Of a stretch of DNA of 32,000 nucleotides, positions 1-11,202 are shown in pieces; position 1 is the first letter of the stretch; each line of letters begins with the position of its first letter. Under the pieces are notes generated by a model. That model saw only the letters and a list, made by a program, of their open reading frames with translations. It ran no database searches and was not told the DNA's origin. Source of the stretch: Shewanellaceae bacterium UBA2521 (GTDB lineage Bacteria; Pseudomonadota; Gammaproteobacteria; Enterobacterales; Shewanellaceae). A program made the translations under genes and the position numbers. The stretch is from contig DDNL01000090.1 in assembly GCA_002341165.1 (NCBI GenBank), positions 1 to 32,000 on the forward strand, read 5' to 3'.

Positions 1-44
1 TTTTAAGCGGTTGTTTTGCGTACAAGGCGTACTTTTATTAAACT

Positions 45-524
45 CTACGACTGCGTCTTGTCACTTTTTTGCATAATACTCAGCATGACATCTTGTTCTC
101 TTGCAGATAAAGTTGTCGACTTTTGCTTGCTATCTCTTGTATAAAATAAAAAAAACAAAAACACAAAAGCTAAAAACAAAAATACAAGAGGCGCAAACCA
201 CAATAATCCTGTTTTTAAATTGAAACGAGGCTGATATAAAATAAAGTCGCCATAACGCTGTGTCATATAATGCATAATTTCTTCGTCGCTTGCTCCCTGC
301 TCTACTTGCTTATACACCTCTAACCTCAAATCTTTTGCAATAGGAGAATTAGAGTCAACTAGATTTTGATTTTGACATTGTGGACATCTTAAATCTCGAG
401 CTAAATTTAAAGCTTGCTGTTTATTCTGTATTGTGGAGAACTCAAAAGTATCGATTGCAAATGTAGCTTGTGCCCAGAGCAATAATATCCATAAGATACT
501 TTTAATACAATTTCTCTTTTGCAT
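45..524 (-). CDS. ccmH: Cytochrome c maturation protein CcmH (CcmL-type thioredoxin-like subunit)
   Basis: 159 aa ORF with signal peptide, motif LRCPQCQNQNLVDSNSPIAKDLR and a C-terminal TM; lies next to ccmG and ccmF. Confidence 0.95.
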   Translation of the reverse strand: MQKRNCIKSILWILLLWAQATFAIDTFEFSTIQNKQQALNLARDLRCPQCQNQNLVDSNSPIAKDLRLEVYKQVEQGASDEEIMHYMTQRYGDFILYQPRFNLKTGLLWFAPLVFLFLAFVFLFFLFYTRDSKQKSTTLSAREQDVMLSIMQKSDKTQS

Positions 525-533
525 AAATAATCC

Positions 534-1082
534 TCAATGAACTAAAGCTTCTTGTTGCAACTGTTGCACCAGAGGTTCAATCTTACTTTTCCAAACTCGA
601 TCATTAATTATACCAGCATGGCGCATGCGTATAATACCTAAATGATCAATCACATAAGTTTCTGGTGCACCATACACACCTAAATCAAGCCCTAACTGAC
701 CTTTAGGATCGTAAATGACTTTTTGAAAAGGGTTACCAAATTGCTCTAGTTCCTTTATAGATTTTTCTCGCTTTGGATCACGATAATTAATACCTATAAG
801 AGGTAGATCTTTATTTTGTGCCAATTGCATTAAATAAGGGTGTTCTTGCTTACAAGCTGGACACCAAGTTGCCCAAATGTTTAAAAGTGTAACTTGGCCT
901 ATTAAATCTTTCTGTGTAAAAAGCCTTTCTGGTTTATGTAAACTCGATAATTTAAACGCAGGAACTGCGCGCCCCTCTAAGACAGAGTCAAGTTCTTGAG
1001 GGTTTAAAGACAAAGCACGCCACAGCACAATACTCAAAATAATAATCAAGATAAAGGGGATAAAAAAAGTTATTCTTTTCAT
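534..1082 (-). CDS. ccmG: Thiol:disulfide interchange protein CcmG/DsbE
   Basis: 182 aa ORF, N-terminal TM, LLNIWATWCPACKQEHP thioredoxin motif, GVYGAPETYVIDHLGIIRMRHAG; between ccmH and ccmF. Confidence 0.95.
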   Translation of the reverse strand: MKRITFFIPFILIIILSIVLWRALSLNPQELDSVLEGRAVPAFKLSSLHKPERLFTQKDLIGQVTLLNIWATWCPACKQEHPYLMQLAQNKDLPLIGINYRDPKREKSIKELEQFGNPFQKVIYDPKGQLGLDLGVYGAPETYVIDHLGIIRMRHAGIINDRVWKSKIEPLVQQLQQEALVH

Positions 1083-1097
1083 GAAACACTCTTATTT

Positions 1098-3077
1098 TTA
1101 TGAATAGGTTAACTCAGAATTTAATTTTGTTTGAGATGCGAGCATCTTATCTCTTCTATACGCATTGACCTTGGCATACACAGAGAGTAAACCGCCAGCC
1201 ATCATAAATAAGGCTCCAAACCAAAGCCAACGAACAAAAGGTTTATAATTGAGACGCACAGCAAAATCTGTATCATTAATCGGTTCACCTAAAGTCACAT
1301 AGAGATCTCTAAATAACCCCCAATCAATACCAGCTTCTGTCATATTCATAGTGCGCACTTCATAAAACCGACGCTCTGGTTTAAGCAAAGCAACCACATG
1401 CTGATCTTCTTCAACTAAAATCTCGGCACGTTGCGTACGGTAATTAGGACCTTGAAACCAATTTGCCTGTAAAAAAGTAAAGTGATATCCAGCCATCTCT
1501 ACTTCTGTATTGGGTCCCATACGTACACTTTTCTCGATTTCATAATTTGAGACCATAGTTGCACCCACAGTAGTGATTGCAATACCAGCATGCGCTAAAA
1601 CCATAGCGGCAAGGTTCGGGGTAAAACGATGCCAATGCAAGCCAGACTCAGTCGAGACTACTTTTTTTACCAAACTACATGTTGCTAAAAAAATCCATGC
1701 AGCTAAACCCAAACCTAATGATGCCCAAATATTCATTTGTCCATCAATCCACCAAGGTGCGAAGCATCCAAAGAGAGGCGCAATCCAAATGTTCCATTTT
1801 ATAGCCTGTTTTAAAGATGGAGCATCATTTTTACGCCATCGCATCAAAGGCGCAATGCCCATCAAGAAAAAGCTGAGTAATGCTAAAGGTACAAAGACAA
1901 GATTAAAGTAAGGAGCACCAACAGATATTTGACCTAAACCTAATGCATCTATGAGCAAGGGATACAAGGTACCAAGTAAAACCGTTGCACAAGCAACGAC
2001 CAATAAAATATTGCCAACGAGAAGTAACATATCTTTTGAGATCAACTCAAACTTCACAGCGGAACGCATCTGCTTTGCGCGTAAACCAAATAAAAATAAA
2101 GACCCTCCAACAACAACACACAGCAAAAGTAAAATGAATAATCCTCGTTCAGGATCCGAGGCAAAAGAATGTACCGAGGTCAGCACACCTGATCGCACTA
2201 AAAAAGTACCCAGCAAGCTTAAAGCAAAAGACGCAATCGCCAATAAAATAGTCCAGTTATAAAAAAGTGCCCGCTTCTCACTCACAATTAAAGCATGCAA
2301 CAAAGCGGTGCCTACAAGCCAAGGCATAAAGGACGCGTTCTCAACAGGATCCCAAAACCACCAGCCACCCCAGCCTAATTCATAGTAAGCCCACCACGAA
2401 CCTAAAGCTATGCCTCCTGTCAGAAAAGTCCATGCCACTAAAGTCCAAGGCCTGCACCAACGCACCCAAGCAGCATCAATACGCCCACTTAATAATGCAG
2501 CAATAGCAAAAGCAAAGCTTACAGAAAAACCAACATATCCCATATACAACATAGGAGGATGCACAATTAAGCCAAAGTCTTGCAGCATAGGATTCAAATC
2601 TCGACCTTCAGCTGGAATCTGTGTTAAAACACGTGAGAAAGGATTAGATGTCCATAACATGAAAGCACTAAACCCTGTAATGATCATACCTAAAACAGAT
2701 AATACGCGTGTTACAAAAGCAGCTTCTATTTTTTTTGAGAAAAAAGTAATAGCTACCATCCATAAAGCAATATCGAGTACCCACAACAAAAAGGATCCTT
2801 CATGTCCTCCCCAAGTCGCCGCTATTTTATAAGGTAATGGCAGCTTCGTGTTTGAGTTTTCTGCGACATAACGTACAGAGAAATCATCCACCATAAAACT
2901 GTGAATTAAAAAAAGAAAAGCTATGAGAAAGAAAAAACCTGTTGCGCGAGCGAAAACTTGAGCATAACCGAGCGCCTCGACATCAGATAACCGACGTGTC
3001 AACACAAGGACGAAGCTCAGTAAAATGGAAAAGCAAAAACCAATAATTAAGGCAAAATGGCCTATCTCAGGAAACAT
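1098..3077 (-). CDS. ccmF: Heme lyase CcmF
   Basis: 659 aa multi-TM ORF with WWD domain (WGGWWFWDPVENASFMPWL) and other CcmF-typical segments (WGGHEGSFLLWVL, NPMLQDFGLIVHPPMLYMGYVG). Confidence 0.97.
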   Translation of the reverse strand: MFPEIGHFALIIGFCFSILLSFVLVLTRRLSDVEALGYAQVFARATGFFFLIAFLFLIHSFMVDDFSVRYVAENSNTKLPLPYKIAATWGGHEGSFLLWVLDIALWMVAITFFSKKIEAAFVTRVLSVLGMIITGFSAFMLWTSNPFSRVLTQIPAEGRDLNPMLQDFGLIVHPPMLYMGYVGFSVSFAFAIAALLSGRIDAAWVRWCRPWTLVAWTFLTGGIALGSWWAYYELGWGGWWFWDPVENASFMPWLVGTALLHALIVSEKRALFYNWTILLAIASFALSLLGTFLVRSGVLTSVHSFASDPERGLFILLLLCVVVGGSLFLFGLRAKQMRSAVKFELISKDMLLLVGNILLVVACATVLLGTLYPLLIDALGLGQISVGAPYFNLVFVPLALLSFFLMGIAPLMRWRKNDAPSLKQAIKWNIWIAPLFGCFAPWWIDGQMNIWASLGLGLAAWIFLATCSLVKKVVSTESGLHWHRFTPNLAAMVLAHAGIAITTVGATMVSNYEIEKSVRMGPNTEVEMAGYHFTFLQANWFQGPNYRTQRAEILVEEDQHVVALLKPERRFYEVRTMNMTEAGIDWGLFRDLYVTLGEPINDTDFAVRLNYKPFVRWLWFGALFMMAGGLLSVYAKVNAYRRDKMLASQTKLNSELTYS

Positions 3078-3220
3078 AAATGATCCTTCTTACAAATATT
3101 CCTACTGGTTCAGTTTGCATGATTTTACTCAATAAAAACAATATAAATTGTAATAAAAAGTAAAAATTTTATTTAGATTACTTTATAATAGAAAAAAAAT
3201 AATGTTGAAGACATGGATTT

Positions 3221-4438
3221 ATGCCTCTTTTCTGGACGATTCTCATTAGCTTACTCATGCTAAGCCTTGCGATAATATGGCACCCTTATTTTTCGCGCCG
3301 AACAAAGAAAGACAATTCGGATGTTCGTTTCAATACTAATCTCGATATCTTCAATATGAGGCTCAATGCACTCAAGCAACAACGTCGGAATTCAGATATT
3401 GATGATACTGAGTTTCATCAACTCAAAACCGAACTCGAAAGAGCTTTATTACAAGATGTCGACACCACAACTGCAAGCGCACAACCTAAGCGAGAGCATA
3501 AACCATCTAAATTACTTCCTTATAGCCTCAGTGCCTTGATGTTTATAGGCTGCATCAGCTTTTATCTCTATCTTGGTCAAGGTGCATCGTTCAAAGCCAG
3601 TGGCGAGATGCTTGAACCCGAATCATCTCAAGCAGTAAAAGGTGTCATTGCTTATGTTGAAGAACTCAGAGTAAGACTTGAAAAGAACCCAAAAGATCAA
3701 GACGCTTGGACACAACTTGGACAGTTTTATATGGAATTTAACTTATATGAACAAGCGCTCACAACTTATGACAGACTGCTTCAGCTCAGTCCAAATAACC
3801 CTGAGTTTATGGGACAAAAGGCAACAGCTTTATATTTTGTAAATCAACAAAGTATGACCCCAGAAATTGATGAACTTATCAAGCAAGCGCTCAATAAAGA
3901 TGCAACACAACCTAGCGTTCATTTTCTCCTTGCGATACATGCCTATCTCCAAAAAGACTTTACAACTGCGCTTACACACTGGCAAAAACTCTTAAATAGT
4001 CAAAGAACAGATATTAATCGTGAAGCAATTGAAAGTACTATGGCTCAGATTCGACAGGAGCAGCAAGAGTTCAATGCAACGCCAAGCAACTCAGCACAAA
4101 TTAATTTATCTATTGATCTTGCTGCTGCTTTAAAACAAGACATCCAACCCAATGATGTTTTATTTGTCTTCGCTCAATCTATTGAGGGAGGCATGCCTTT
4201 GGCTGTAATAAGACAACCCGTTAAACAGTTTCCACTGCGTATTCAACTCAGTGATAAAAATGCGATGCGTGATAATCTAAAACTAAGTCAGGAAGAATAT
4301 GTTTCTGTTACAGTAAGGGTCTCACATCATGGTTCTGCACCAGCAAAACCGGGAGATTTACAAGGACATATAGAAAAAGTGTCTACCTCAAATACACAGA
4401 TTCAAAAAATTGTCATCAACACAAAAATAAACATATGA
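3221..4438 (+). CDS. ccmI: Cytochrome c maturation protein CcmI (TPR-containing)
   Basis: 405 aa ORF, two N-terminal TMs, TPR segment (DAWTQLGQFYMEFNLYEQALTTYDRLLQLSPNNPEF), CcmI-like C-terminal domain; divergent from ccmFGH. Confidence 0.88.
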   Translation: MPLFWTILISLLMLSLAIIWHPYFSRRTKKDNSDVRFNTNLDIFNMRLNALKQQRRNSDIDDTEFHQLKTELERALLQDVDTTTASAQPKREHKPSKLLPYSLSALMFIGCISFYLYLGQGASFKASGEMLEPESSQAVKGVIAYVEELRVRLEKNPKDQDAWTQLGQFYMEFNLYEQALTTYDRLLQLSPNNPEFMGQKATALYFVNQQSMTPEIDELIKQALNKDATQPSVHFLLAIHAYLQKDFTTALTHWQKLLNSQRTDINREAIESTMAQIRQEQQEFNATPSNSAQINLSIDLAAALKQDIQPNDVLFVFAQSIEGGMPLAVIRQPVKQFPLRIQLSDKNAMRDNLKLSQEEYVSVTVRVSHHGSAPAKPGDLQGHIEKVSTSNTQIQKIVINTKINI

Positions 4439-4573
4439 AATATAAAAATTTATAGACCTATCAAAACATGCACCATAGTGCATGGTGGTTCCTCTCTTGG
4501 ATACGTATCCTATGCACATTATTACAAGAACATAAGCACAACAATTCATTATATTTTTAGGGAGAAAAAAAAC

Positions 4574-4825
4574 ATGAGTGGAGACAAGGAGCTAGCACAC
4601 CAGCTAACCCAATTAAGACTAAAGCGTCGTTTGTCGCAAAGACAACTTGCGCAACAGATTGGCATTACAGATCGTTATATCAGAAGTATTGAGAATGGAA
4701 CAAGCATGCCTTCTTTTGGCATTGTTAAAAGCTGGTTCAAAGCGACAAAAGCTACTCAAGAATCTATCCTTTCCATCACATCAAGCCGTCAGCGCAATCA
4801 AACAACACGACTTGTTCGACCTTAG
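4574..4825 (+). CDS. Small XRE/Cro-type helix-turn-helix regulator
   Basis: MSGDKELAHQLTQLRLKRRLSQRQLAQQIGITDRYIRSIENGTSMPSF is a canonical XRE HTH. ATG at 4574 follows GGGAG; the track start at 4478 is probably too far upstream. Confidence 0.85.
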   Translation: MSGDKELAHQLTQLRLKRRLSQRQLAQQIGITDRYIRSIENGTSMPSFGIVKSWFKATKATQESILSITSSRQRNQTTRLVRP

Positions 4826-4898
4826 AACACGAACCAGTAAACACTCCCTTACAAGCCAGCATGCTTTGTGTTGGCTGTAAGATATGTGAAGAAGAGTT

Positions 4899-5268
4899 GG
4901 AGTGGGCGCATAAGCCGGGTTCTGTCTCTTTATCCAAGATAAAGAGGGTAGTCATTCATCTAGACCACAAATCACTCTGTGGTTCAAGCAATCTACCCGC
5001 TCTCAATGCGGACAACATTAAAGAGAGCCTATTTGATCTTGCTCCGAGTGGAGTTTACCTTGCCACAAACAGTTACCTGCTGTGCGGTGTGCTCTTACCA
5101 CACCCTTTCACCCTTACCTGTATCAATAAAATTGATCATCGGCGGTCTACTCTCTGCTGCACTGGTCGTAAGCTTGCGCTTCCCAGGCGTTACCTGGCAC
5201 TCTGTCCTGTGGAGCCCGGACTTTCCTCCCCGTTGAATACAACGCAGCGACTACCTTGCCCACTCCAG
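4899..5268 (-). ncRNA. rnpB: RNase P RNA, bacterial type A
   Basis: The reverse complement contains GGGGAGGAAAGTCCGGGCTCCACAGGACAGAGTGCCAGGTAACGCCTGGG, ACGACCAGTGCAGCAGAGAGTAGACCGCC and the terminal AGACAGAACCCGGCTTAT. The 5' GGAGTGGGC pairs with 3' GCCCACTCC (P1). Confidence 0.96.
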
Positions 5269-5274
5269 CCATCT

Positions 5275-5280
5275 ATTATA
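5275..5280 (-). promoter_or_regulatory. -10 box for rnpB
   Basis: Minus-strand TATAAT about 7 nt upstream of the inferred rnpB 5' end (GTGCGTATAATAGATGGCTGGAGTGGGC). Confidence 0.65.
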
Positions 5281-5320
5281 CGCACATAGGCAAAAAAATC
5301 CAGTCTCTTAACCTGAAGCT

Positions 5321-6154
5321 TTAAAGCTCTAAGCCAGCTTCATAAAGCTGCTTTTTATTCAAACCATAAATTTGCGCTGTAATCGCTGCCGATTTCTTTA
5401 AAGGTAAATCTTGTTTCAATAAAGCAAGCGTATTTAAAGCCTGCTGCGAAATAGCACGAGGATCCGGTTGATAACCTCGACAAAGAATAACAAACTCTCC
5501 TTTTTGTTGATTCTCATCTTCTTCCAACACAGCTTTGACCTGTACAAGCGTACCTTGAATAAAAGTTTCAAAGGTCTTTGTCAATTCTCTAGCAAGTACA
5601 ACCTCTCTTTGCTCACCCCATGCTTGAATCATGGCATTGACAGTATCGAGAACACGTCTTGGCGACTCATAAAAAATTAAAGACCGAGTTTCTTCCTTAA
5701 GTAAAGCTAGCTTATCTAAACGCGCTTTAGCTTTTGCCGGTAAAAAGCCTTCAAAACAAAAACGATCCGAAGGTAAACCCGCTGCAGAAAGTGCCGTAAT
5801 CGCAGCACATGCACCTGGAAGAGGTATCACCTTGTATCCTTGCTGACGCAAATGGCTCACAAGATGGTATCCTGGATCAGAAATTAAAGGCGTACCTGCA
5901 TCAGATATAAGTGCTACTGTTTTTTGCTGCGCTAACTGGTCAGCAATCCAGTTTACTTTTTGCTTCTCATTGTGATCATGTAGAGCTATCAATTTAGATT
6001 GAATACCTAAATGCTGAAGAAGCTTGCCACTGTGTCGTGTATCTTCACAAGCTATCAAATCTACTTCGGATAAAACATGTACAGCACGACGACTGATATC
6101 ATCTAAGTGACCGATGGGTGTTGGAACAATGTATAAAGCAACAGTTAAATCCAT
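5321..6154 (-). CDS. rsmI: 16S rRNA (cytidine-2'-O)-methyltransferase RsmI
   Basis: 277 aa ORF with LYIVPTPIGHLDDISRRAVHVLSEVDLIACEDTRHSGKLL, ALISDAGTPLISDPGYHLV and FYESPRRV. Confidence 0.97.
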   Translation of the reverse strand: MDLTVALYIVPTPIGHLDDISRRAVHVLSEVDLIACEDTRHSGKLLQHLGIQSKLIALHDHNEKQKVNWIADQLAQQKTVALISDAGTPLISDPGYHLVSHLRQQGYKVIPLPGACAAITALSAAGLPSDRFCFEGFLPAKAKARLDKLALLKEETRSLIFYESPRRVLDTVNAMIQAWGEQREVVLARELTKTFETFIQGTLVQVKAVLEEDENQQKGEFVILCRGYQPDPRAISQQALNTLALLKQDLPLKKSAAITAQIYGLNKKQLYEAGLEL

Positions 6155-6233
6155 AAATCAATCTCAATTAGCTTTCATCAATAAAGAATGAGCGTTAAAC
6201 TAACAAAAGGCTATTTTACCAGAGTTGCGAAGC

Positions 6234-8021
6234 ATGAAAAAATTTAATTTACCATATTCTATCAAATTAAGATTGATAGTCTCTCTTTCATGGCTATCAA
6301 TGACAAGCTGTACATCCATTCAAGAACAAGAGCAACATATGCAAATGTCAGGATCTCATGAAGTCAACACAGCACAACTGCAAGAGAAATTACCTCAAAG
6401 TGATAAAAAATATCCAGACATGCTCAAAAGCGCAGAAGAGTATTTACTCTCTGGACAGCTCAGTGCCGCTGAAAGCCTCCTTAAAGAAATCAAAATTAAT
6501 GAGATAAAATCCCACGAGCTCAAAGCTTATTATCTCTACCTCTCGGCACAGTCGGCAACGCAAAGACATCAATGGACAAAAGCTCTACAGCTGATTGAGC
6601 AAGCACAAAAGCAAAAACCTCTGATTATCGAGCAAGAAATCTCTTTGCTGCAACTTGCCGTTGAGCTGTACAATACAACCAATCAACCCATTAAACAAGC
6701 GGCTGCATTGCACGCTATCAATGAAATAGAACCATCATCTAATCTTGATGCACGTATTTGGTATACACTACAACCTGTCTCTGAAGATTTACTCAAGCAG
6801 CAACTCAAAAAAACACGAGATAAAAACTTTAATGGCTGGCTAGAGCTTAGTTACATTGGTAAACGTTATGCCGATTTACCTCAAGATTTACAAAAGAAAG
6901 TCAATCAGTGGCAGCAAGATTACCCTGAACATCCACATTATGAAAACTTACCTGATGACATCAATCGCGCGCTTCACACTCAAGTGTATAACCCTAAAAA
7001 AGTAGGCGTCTTGTTACCTGCAAAAGCTACCAGTGCATCGCGTGCAATACGCAGTGGCATCATCGCGAGCACTTTGAAAAACAAAGCACGCTCCTTGGAA
7101 CTCCATTTTTATGATACGTCTGAAGGGGGACTAGAAGCTTATAACCGTGCTGAACAAGATGAATGCGAGTTTATTATAGGACCTTTACTTAAAGAGCATG
7201 TTGAAGAAGTTGCAAGCAGCAGATCTAACATTATTCCGCAGTTAATGCTCAATATGCCAGATGGTGTTGTTAATGATCCCGATAGATATTATTTCTCTTT
7301 ATCTCCGACTGAAGAAGCGGCTCAAACTGCTCAATACTTCAAAGAACAAGGTATTAAAAACCCTCTTATTATTGCCAACTCAAGAAGTAGCAGCAAAAAA
7401 ATGGTTGAATCTTTTACCCAAGCTTGGGAAAAAATATATGACGAGCAACCTAAAGTATACTACTACAGCAATAACAAAGAGATCAAAACCAAAGTACAAG
7501 ATGCATTAAGTGTTAAAGAGTCGAAAGCACGTATCCGTGCCATCAAAAACACTTTTGGCTTTCAACTGAAAGCAGACTTTCGCTCACGTCGAGATATAGA
7601 TGCTATTTATCTTCTAACACAAGGCGATGAAGTCAAATTGTTAAAACCATTTGTTGATGTCAACACAAGTGTTTTCGCTGAGCCTATTTCTACTTATGCT
7701 AGTTATCGTAGTCATGTGAAAAGCAAAAATGGACAATACCCAAGAGAGCTCAATAAAATGCGTATCAATACTATGCCTTGGCTCCTTACAGAATCTACAG
7801 AGCTTAGCCTGATCGAAGAATGGTCTAATCTAGAAAAAAGACTTTACGCAATGGGCTACGACAGTATTTCTCTGATCGATAAATTAGCCCAAATGAAAGC
7901 ATCTCAAAGCTACTATTTTGAAGGTCGAACAGGTACAATGAACATTGACCACCAAGGTGTGATACATCGTAAACAGCAGTGGGCTAAATTTTATAGCAAC
8001 GGAAAGTTAAGAAAACTATGA
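6234..8021 (+). CDS. lpoA: LpoA-like penicillin-binding protein activator (TPR plus periplasmic-binding-like domain)
   Basis: About 595 aa lipoprotein-like ORF (LSWLSMTSC lipobox) with VGVLLPAKATSASRAIRSGI and FIIGPLLKEHVEEV; conserved position between rsmI and yraN. ATG at 6234 preferred over the track TTG at 6225. Confidence 0.88.
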   Translation: MKKFNLPYSIKLRLIVSLSWLSMTSCTSIQEQEQHMQMSGSHEVNTAQLQEKLPQSDKKYPDMLKSAEEYLLSGQLSAAESLLKEIKINEIKSHELKAYYLYLSAQSATQRHQWTKALQLIEQAQKQKPLIIEQEISLLQLAVELYNTTNQPIKQAAALHAINEIEPSSNLDARIWYTLQPVSEDLLKQQLKKTRDKNFNGWLELSYIGKRYADLPQDLQKKVNQWQQDYPEHPHYENLPDDINRALHTQVYNPKKVGVLLPAKATSASRAIRSGIIASTLKNKARSLELHFYDTSEGGLEAYNRAEQDECEFIIGPLLKEHVEEVASSRSNIIPQLMLNMPDGVVNDPDRYYFSLSPTEEAAQTAQYFKEQGIKNPLIIANSRSSSKKMVESFTQAWEKIYDEQPKVYYYSNNKEIKTKVQDALSVKESKARIRAIKNTFGFQLKADFRSRRDIDAIYLLTQGDEVKLLKPFVDVNTSVFAEPISTYASYRSHVKSKNGQYPRELNKMRINTMPWLLTESTELSLIEEWSNLEKRLYAMGYDSISLIDKLAQMKASQSYYFEGRTGTMNIDHQGVIHRKQQWAKFYSNGKLRKL

Positions 8022-8350
8022 GTACATGTGTCGGCCATGAAGCAGAACAGCAAGCTCGTATTTTCTTAGAGCAGCACGACTATCGATTCATTGCCGCAAA
8101 CGTGCGTTACCGTTTTGCAGAAATCGATTTGATTATGAAAAAAGCAAGCACAATTGTATTTGTTGAGGTAAAATATCGCAAAAGACGCAACTTTGGTGGC
8201 GCGGTTGCAGCCATTGCACCTCAGCAGCAACGACGATTGCAACGTGCTGCAAATTACTACTTGCAGCAAAATCGTATCAAAACAGCGGCTAGGTTCGATG
8301 TTATTGCGATTGAAGATAAGCAGATTAACTGGATAAAAAATGCTTTCTGA
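8018..8350 (+). CDS. yraN: UPF0102 family protein YraN (endonuclease-like)
   Basis: 110 aa ORF: GHEAEQQARIFLEQHDYRFIAANVRYRFAEIDLIMKKASTIVFVEVKYRKRRNFGGA; ATGA overlap with lpoA. Confidence 0.93.
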   Translation: MSTCVGHEAEQQARIFLEQHDYRFIAANVRYRFAEIDLIMKKASTIVFVEVKYRKRRNFGGAVAAIAPQQQRRLQRAANYYLQQNRIKTAARFDVIAIEDKQINWIKNAF

Positions 8351-9651
<1,301 letters not shown>

Positions 9652-9850
9652 CCTTCAGCGCAATATGCATCTATGTTTCATTTGATTGAGCTATGATGCC
9701 AAACCAAAACACAAAGAAAGATAGCGTAAATGAAGAGCTCGCTACATGATGTGCTCAACCAGTCGTCTCATTGAGACGACAAAGAACGATAAAAAACTGT
9801 AGCTTGCTTATACAATGAGCAGCAAGTTACAAACCCATCTTATATTTATA

Positions 9851-10978
9851 TCATGATGTTTTATTTACACTTTTATACTGTACAGGAAGATATTGACTAA
9901 AGAAGCTTAATGTCTTTGATACAGCTTGATTATGTACTTGCTGACGTTCAACACCCTGAGGGCTATAACAAAGGTTCCCAGCATGACTATTTAAGCTAAA
10001 AAACATCTTTCCTACTTTGGTACAAAGTGCTAAAAATGCAAAGTGATTCACTTCAGGTAAGGTGTACAACTGACTATTAGATAGATATTGATGCGCTAAA
10101 GATGCATTAAATTCTGGCAATGTAATACGATCTTTACTCCCTACAATAAGCTGTATTGGCGTCTGAATGCGCTTTAAGCTCTGAATGGTAAAGGCTGGTA
10201 CAACAGCTGGGCTTAGTGCAACTACAGCTTTGAGATGAGGCAAAGTATAATCTTTTGACATAGTCTGCATCGCTTGGTGATAAGTCTTGTGCGTAGCGAC
10301 TTCAGCTTTCTCTTTATCTGAGGTTTCAATATAAGACTGACAATTTCCATCTTTTGGATGTGCCTGACAAAATGTATGCAATCGCTTATTATCGGTTATT
10401 GCTCCTGCGCCTGATAACACAGTATAACCACCCAAAGAAAACCCTAGTAATCCTACTCGATTAAAGTCAATCTGCTGACTCCAAAAGCGCTCTTGGCTCA
10501 GCTTGTCGAGCACAACGTGCAAATCTTGTGCTCTTTCCCACCATAGATCATAACCTTCCTGATATCCCTTTGGCTCGAATCCAGTATTACCATGATGATT
10601 CAAGGCTGCAACGATATAACCTTGCTCAACTAATTTTTCAACCAACCATAGCATTTGAGAAGCAACTCCACCTGAACCATGTGACACAAGAATCAAAGGG
10701 CGTTTATGATCTTGAGCATATAACGCATCAGGAATAACTTCACCAAAATGAAACATTTTGGTTGATAAGATTTTTTTATGAGTCCGAGCTTGTGTTGGAT
10801 AAAATAAGTGTGTTGTAACAGGACGTTGATGCGCTTGATCAAAGTGCAACCTCTGATCATCTTGGTAAAATTTGACCTGCATACCCACTTGATAGGGCTT
10901 ACTCCATATCGCAGAGGAAAAAAGAACAAAGAAAGAGAGAATAGAGAAAAAGTAACGAGAAAAGTAACATCTATGCAT
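9851..10978 (-). CDS. Secreted alpha/beta hydrolase (dienelactone hydrolase / PAF-acetylhydrolase-like)
   Basis: 375 aa ORF with signal peptide, oxyanion region PLILVSHGSGG, nucleophile elbow VGLLGFSLGGYTVL, and C-terminal Asp and His motifs (LIVGSKDRITLPE, LPEVNHFAFL). Confidence 0.8.
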   Translation of the reverse strand: MHRCYFSRYFFSILSFFVLFSSAIWSKPYQVGMQVKFYQDDQRLHFDQAHQRPVTTHLFYPTQARTHKKILSTKMFHFGEVIPDALYAQDHKRPLILVSHGSGGVASQMLWLVEKLVEQGYIVAALNHHGNTGFEPKGYQEGYDLWWERAQDLHVVLDKLSQERFWSQQIDFNRVGLLGFSLGGYTVLSGAGAITDNKRLHTFCQAHPKDGNCQSYIETSDKEKAEVATHKTYHQAMQTMSKDYTLPHLKAVVALSPAVVPAFTIQSLKRIQTPIQLIVGSKDRITLPEFNASLAHQYLSNSQLYTLPEVNHFAFLALCTKVGKMFFSLNSHAGNLCYSPQGVERQQVHNQAVSKTLSFFSQYLPVQYKSVNKTS

Positions 10979-11130
10979 AGCAAAAAATCCTATTTTGAGA
11001 CTGTGTTAATCGTCACGACTATATATGCATTGGTTTGAATAATCAATTCTAGCTTGATCATATGCTCAATGTTAATAAAATCAAGATTTTAATGCCAGAT
11101 GTGAGTCTTCTTTGTTAAGAAAGATAGTAT

Positions 11131-11170
11131 AAAAAAAGCCTTTGCTTTACATGCATGCAAGGCAAAGGCT
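11131..11170 (-). terminator. Rho-independent terminator of the tandem receptor-channel genes
   Basis: On the minus strand AGCCTTTGC...GCAAAGGCT (9-bp arms) is followed by TTTTTT; about 33 nt past the 11203 stop. Confidence 0.85.
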
Positions 11171-11202
11171 AAATTTCTCTCGTTATATATATGGTAAAGC
11201 GA

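Noticed and set aside
1573-2832. Plus-strand ORFs at 1573-1911, 1951-2262 and 2410-2832
   Set aside because: They are antisense shadows of ccmF, with low-complexity, non-protein-like translations.
4478-4825. Toxin-antitoxin module around the XRE gene
   Set aside because: No toxin-like ORF lies next to it; upstream is ccmI and downstream is rnpB.
4861-5289. Protein-coding ORFs 4861-5289 (+) and 4979-5236 (+)
   Set aside because: They are antisense to a clearly recognisable RNase P RNA.
7261-7509. Plus-strand ORF inside lpoA
   Set aside because: Lysine-rich shadow frame within a well supported CDS.
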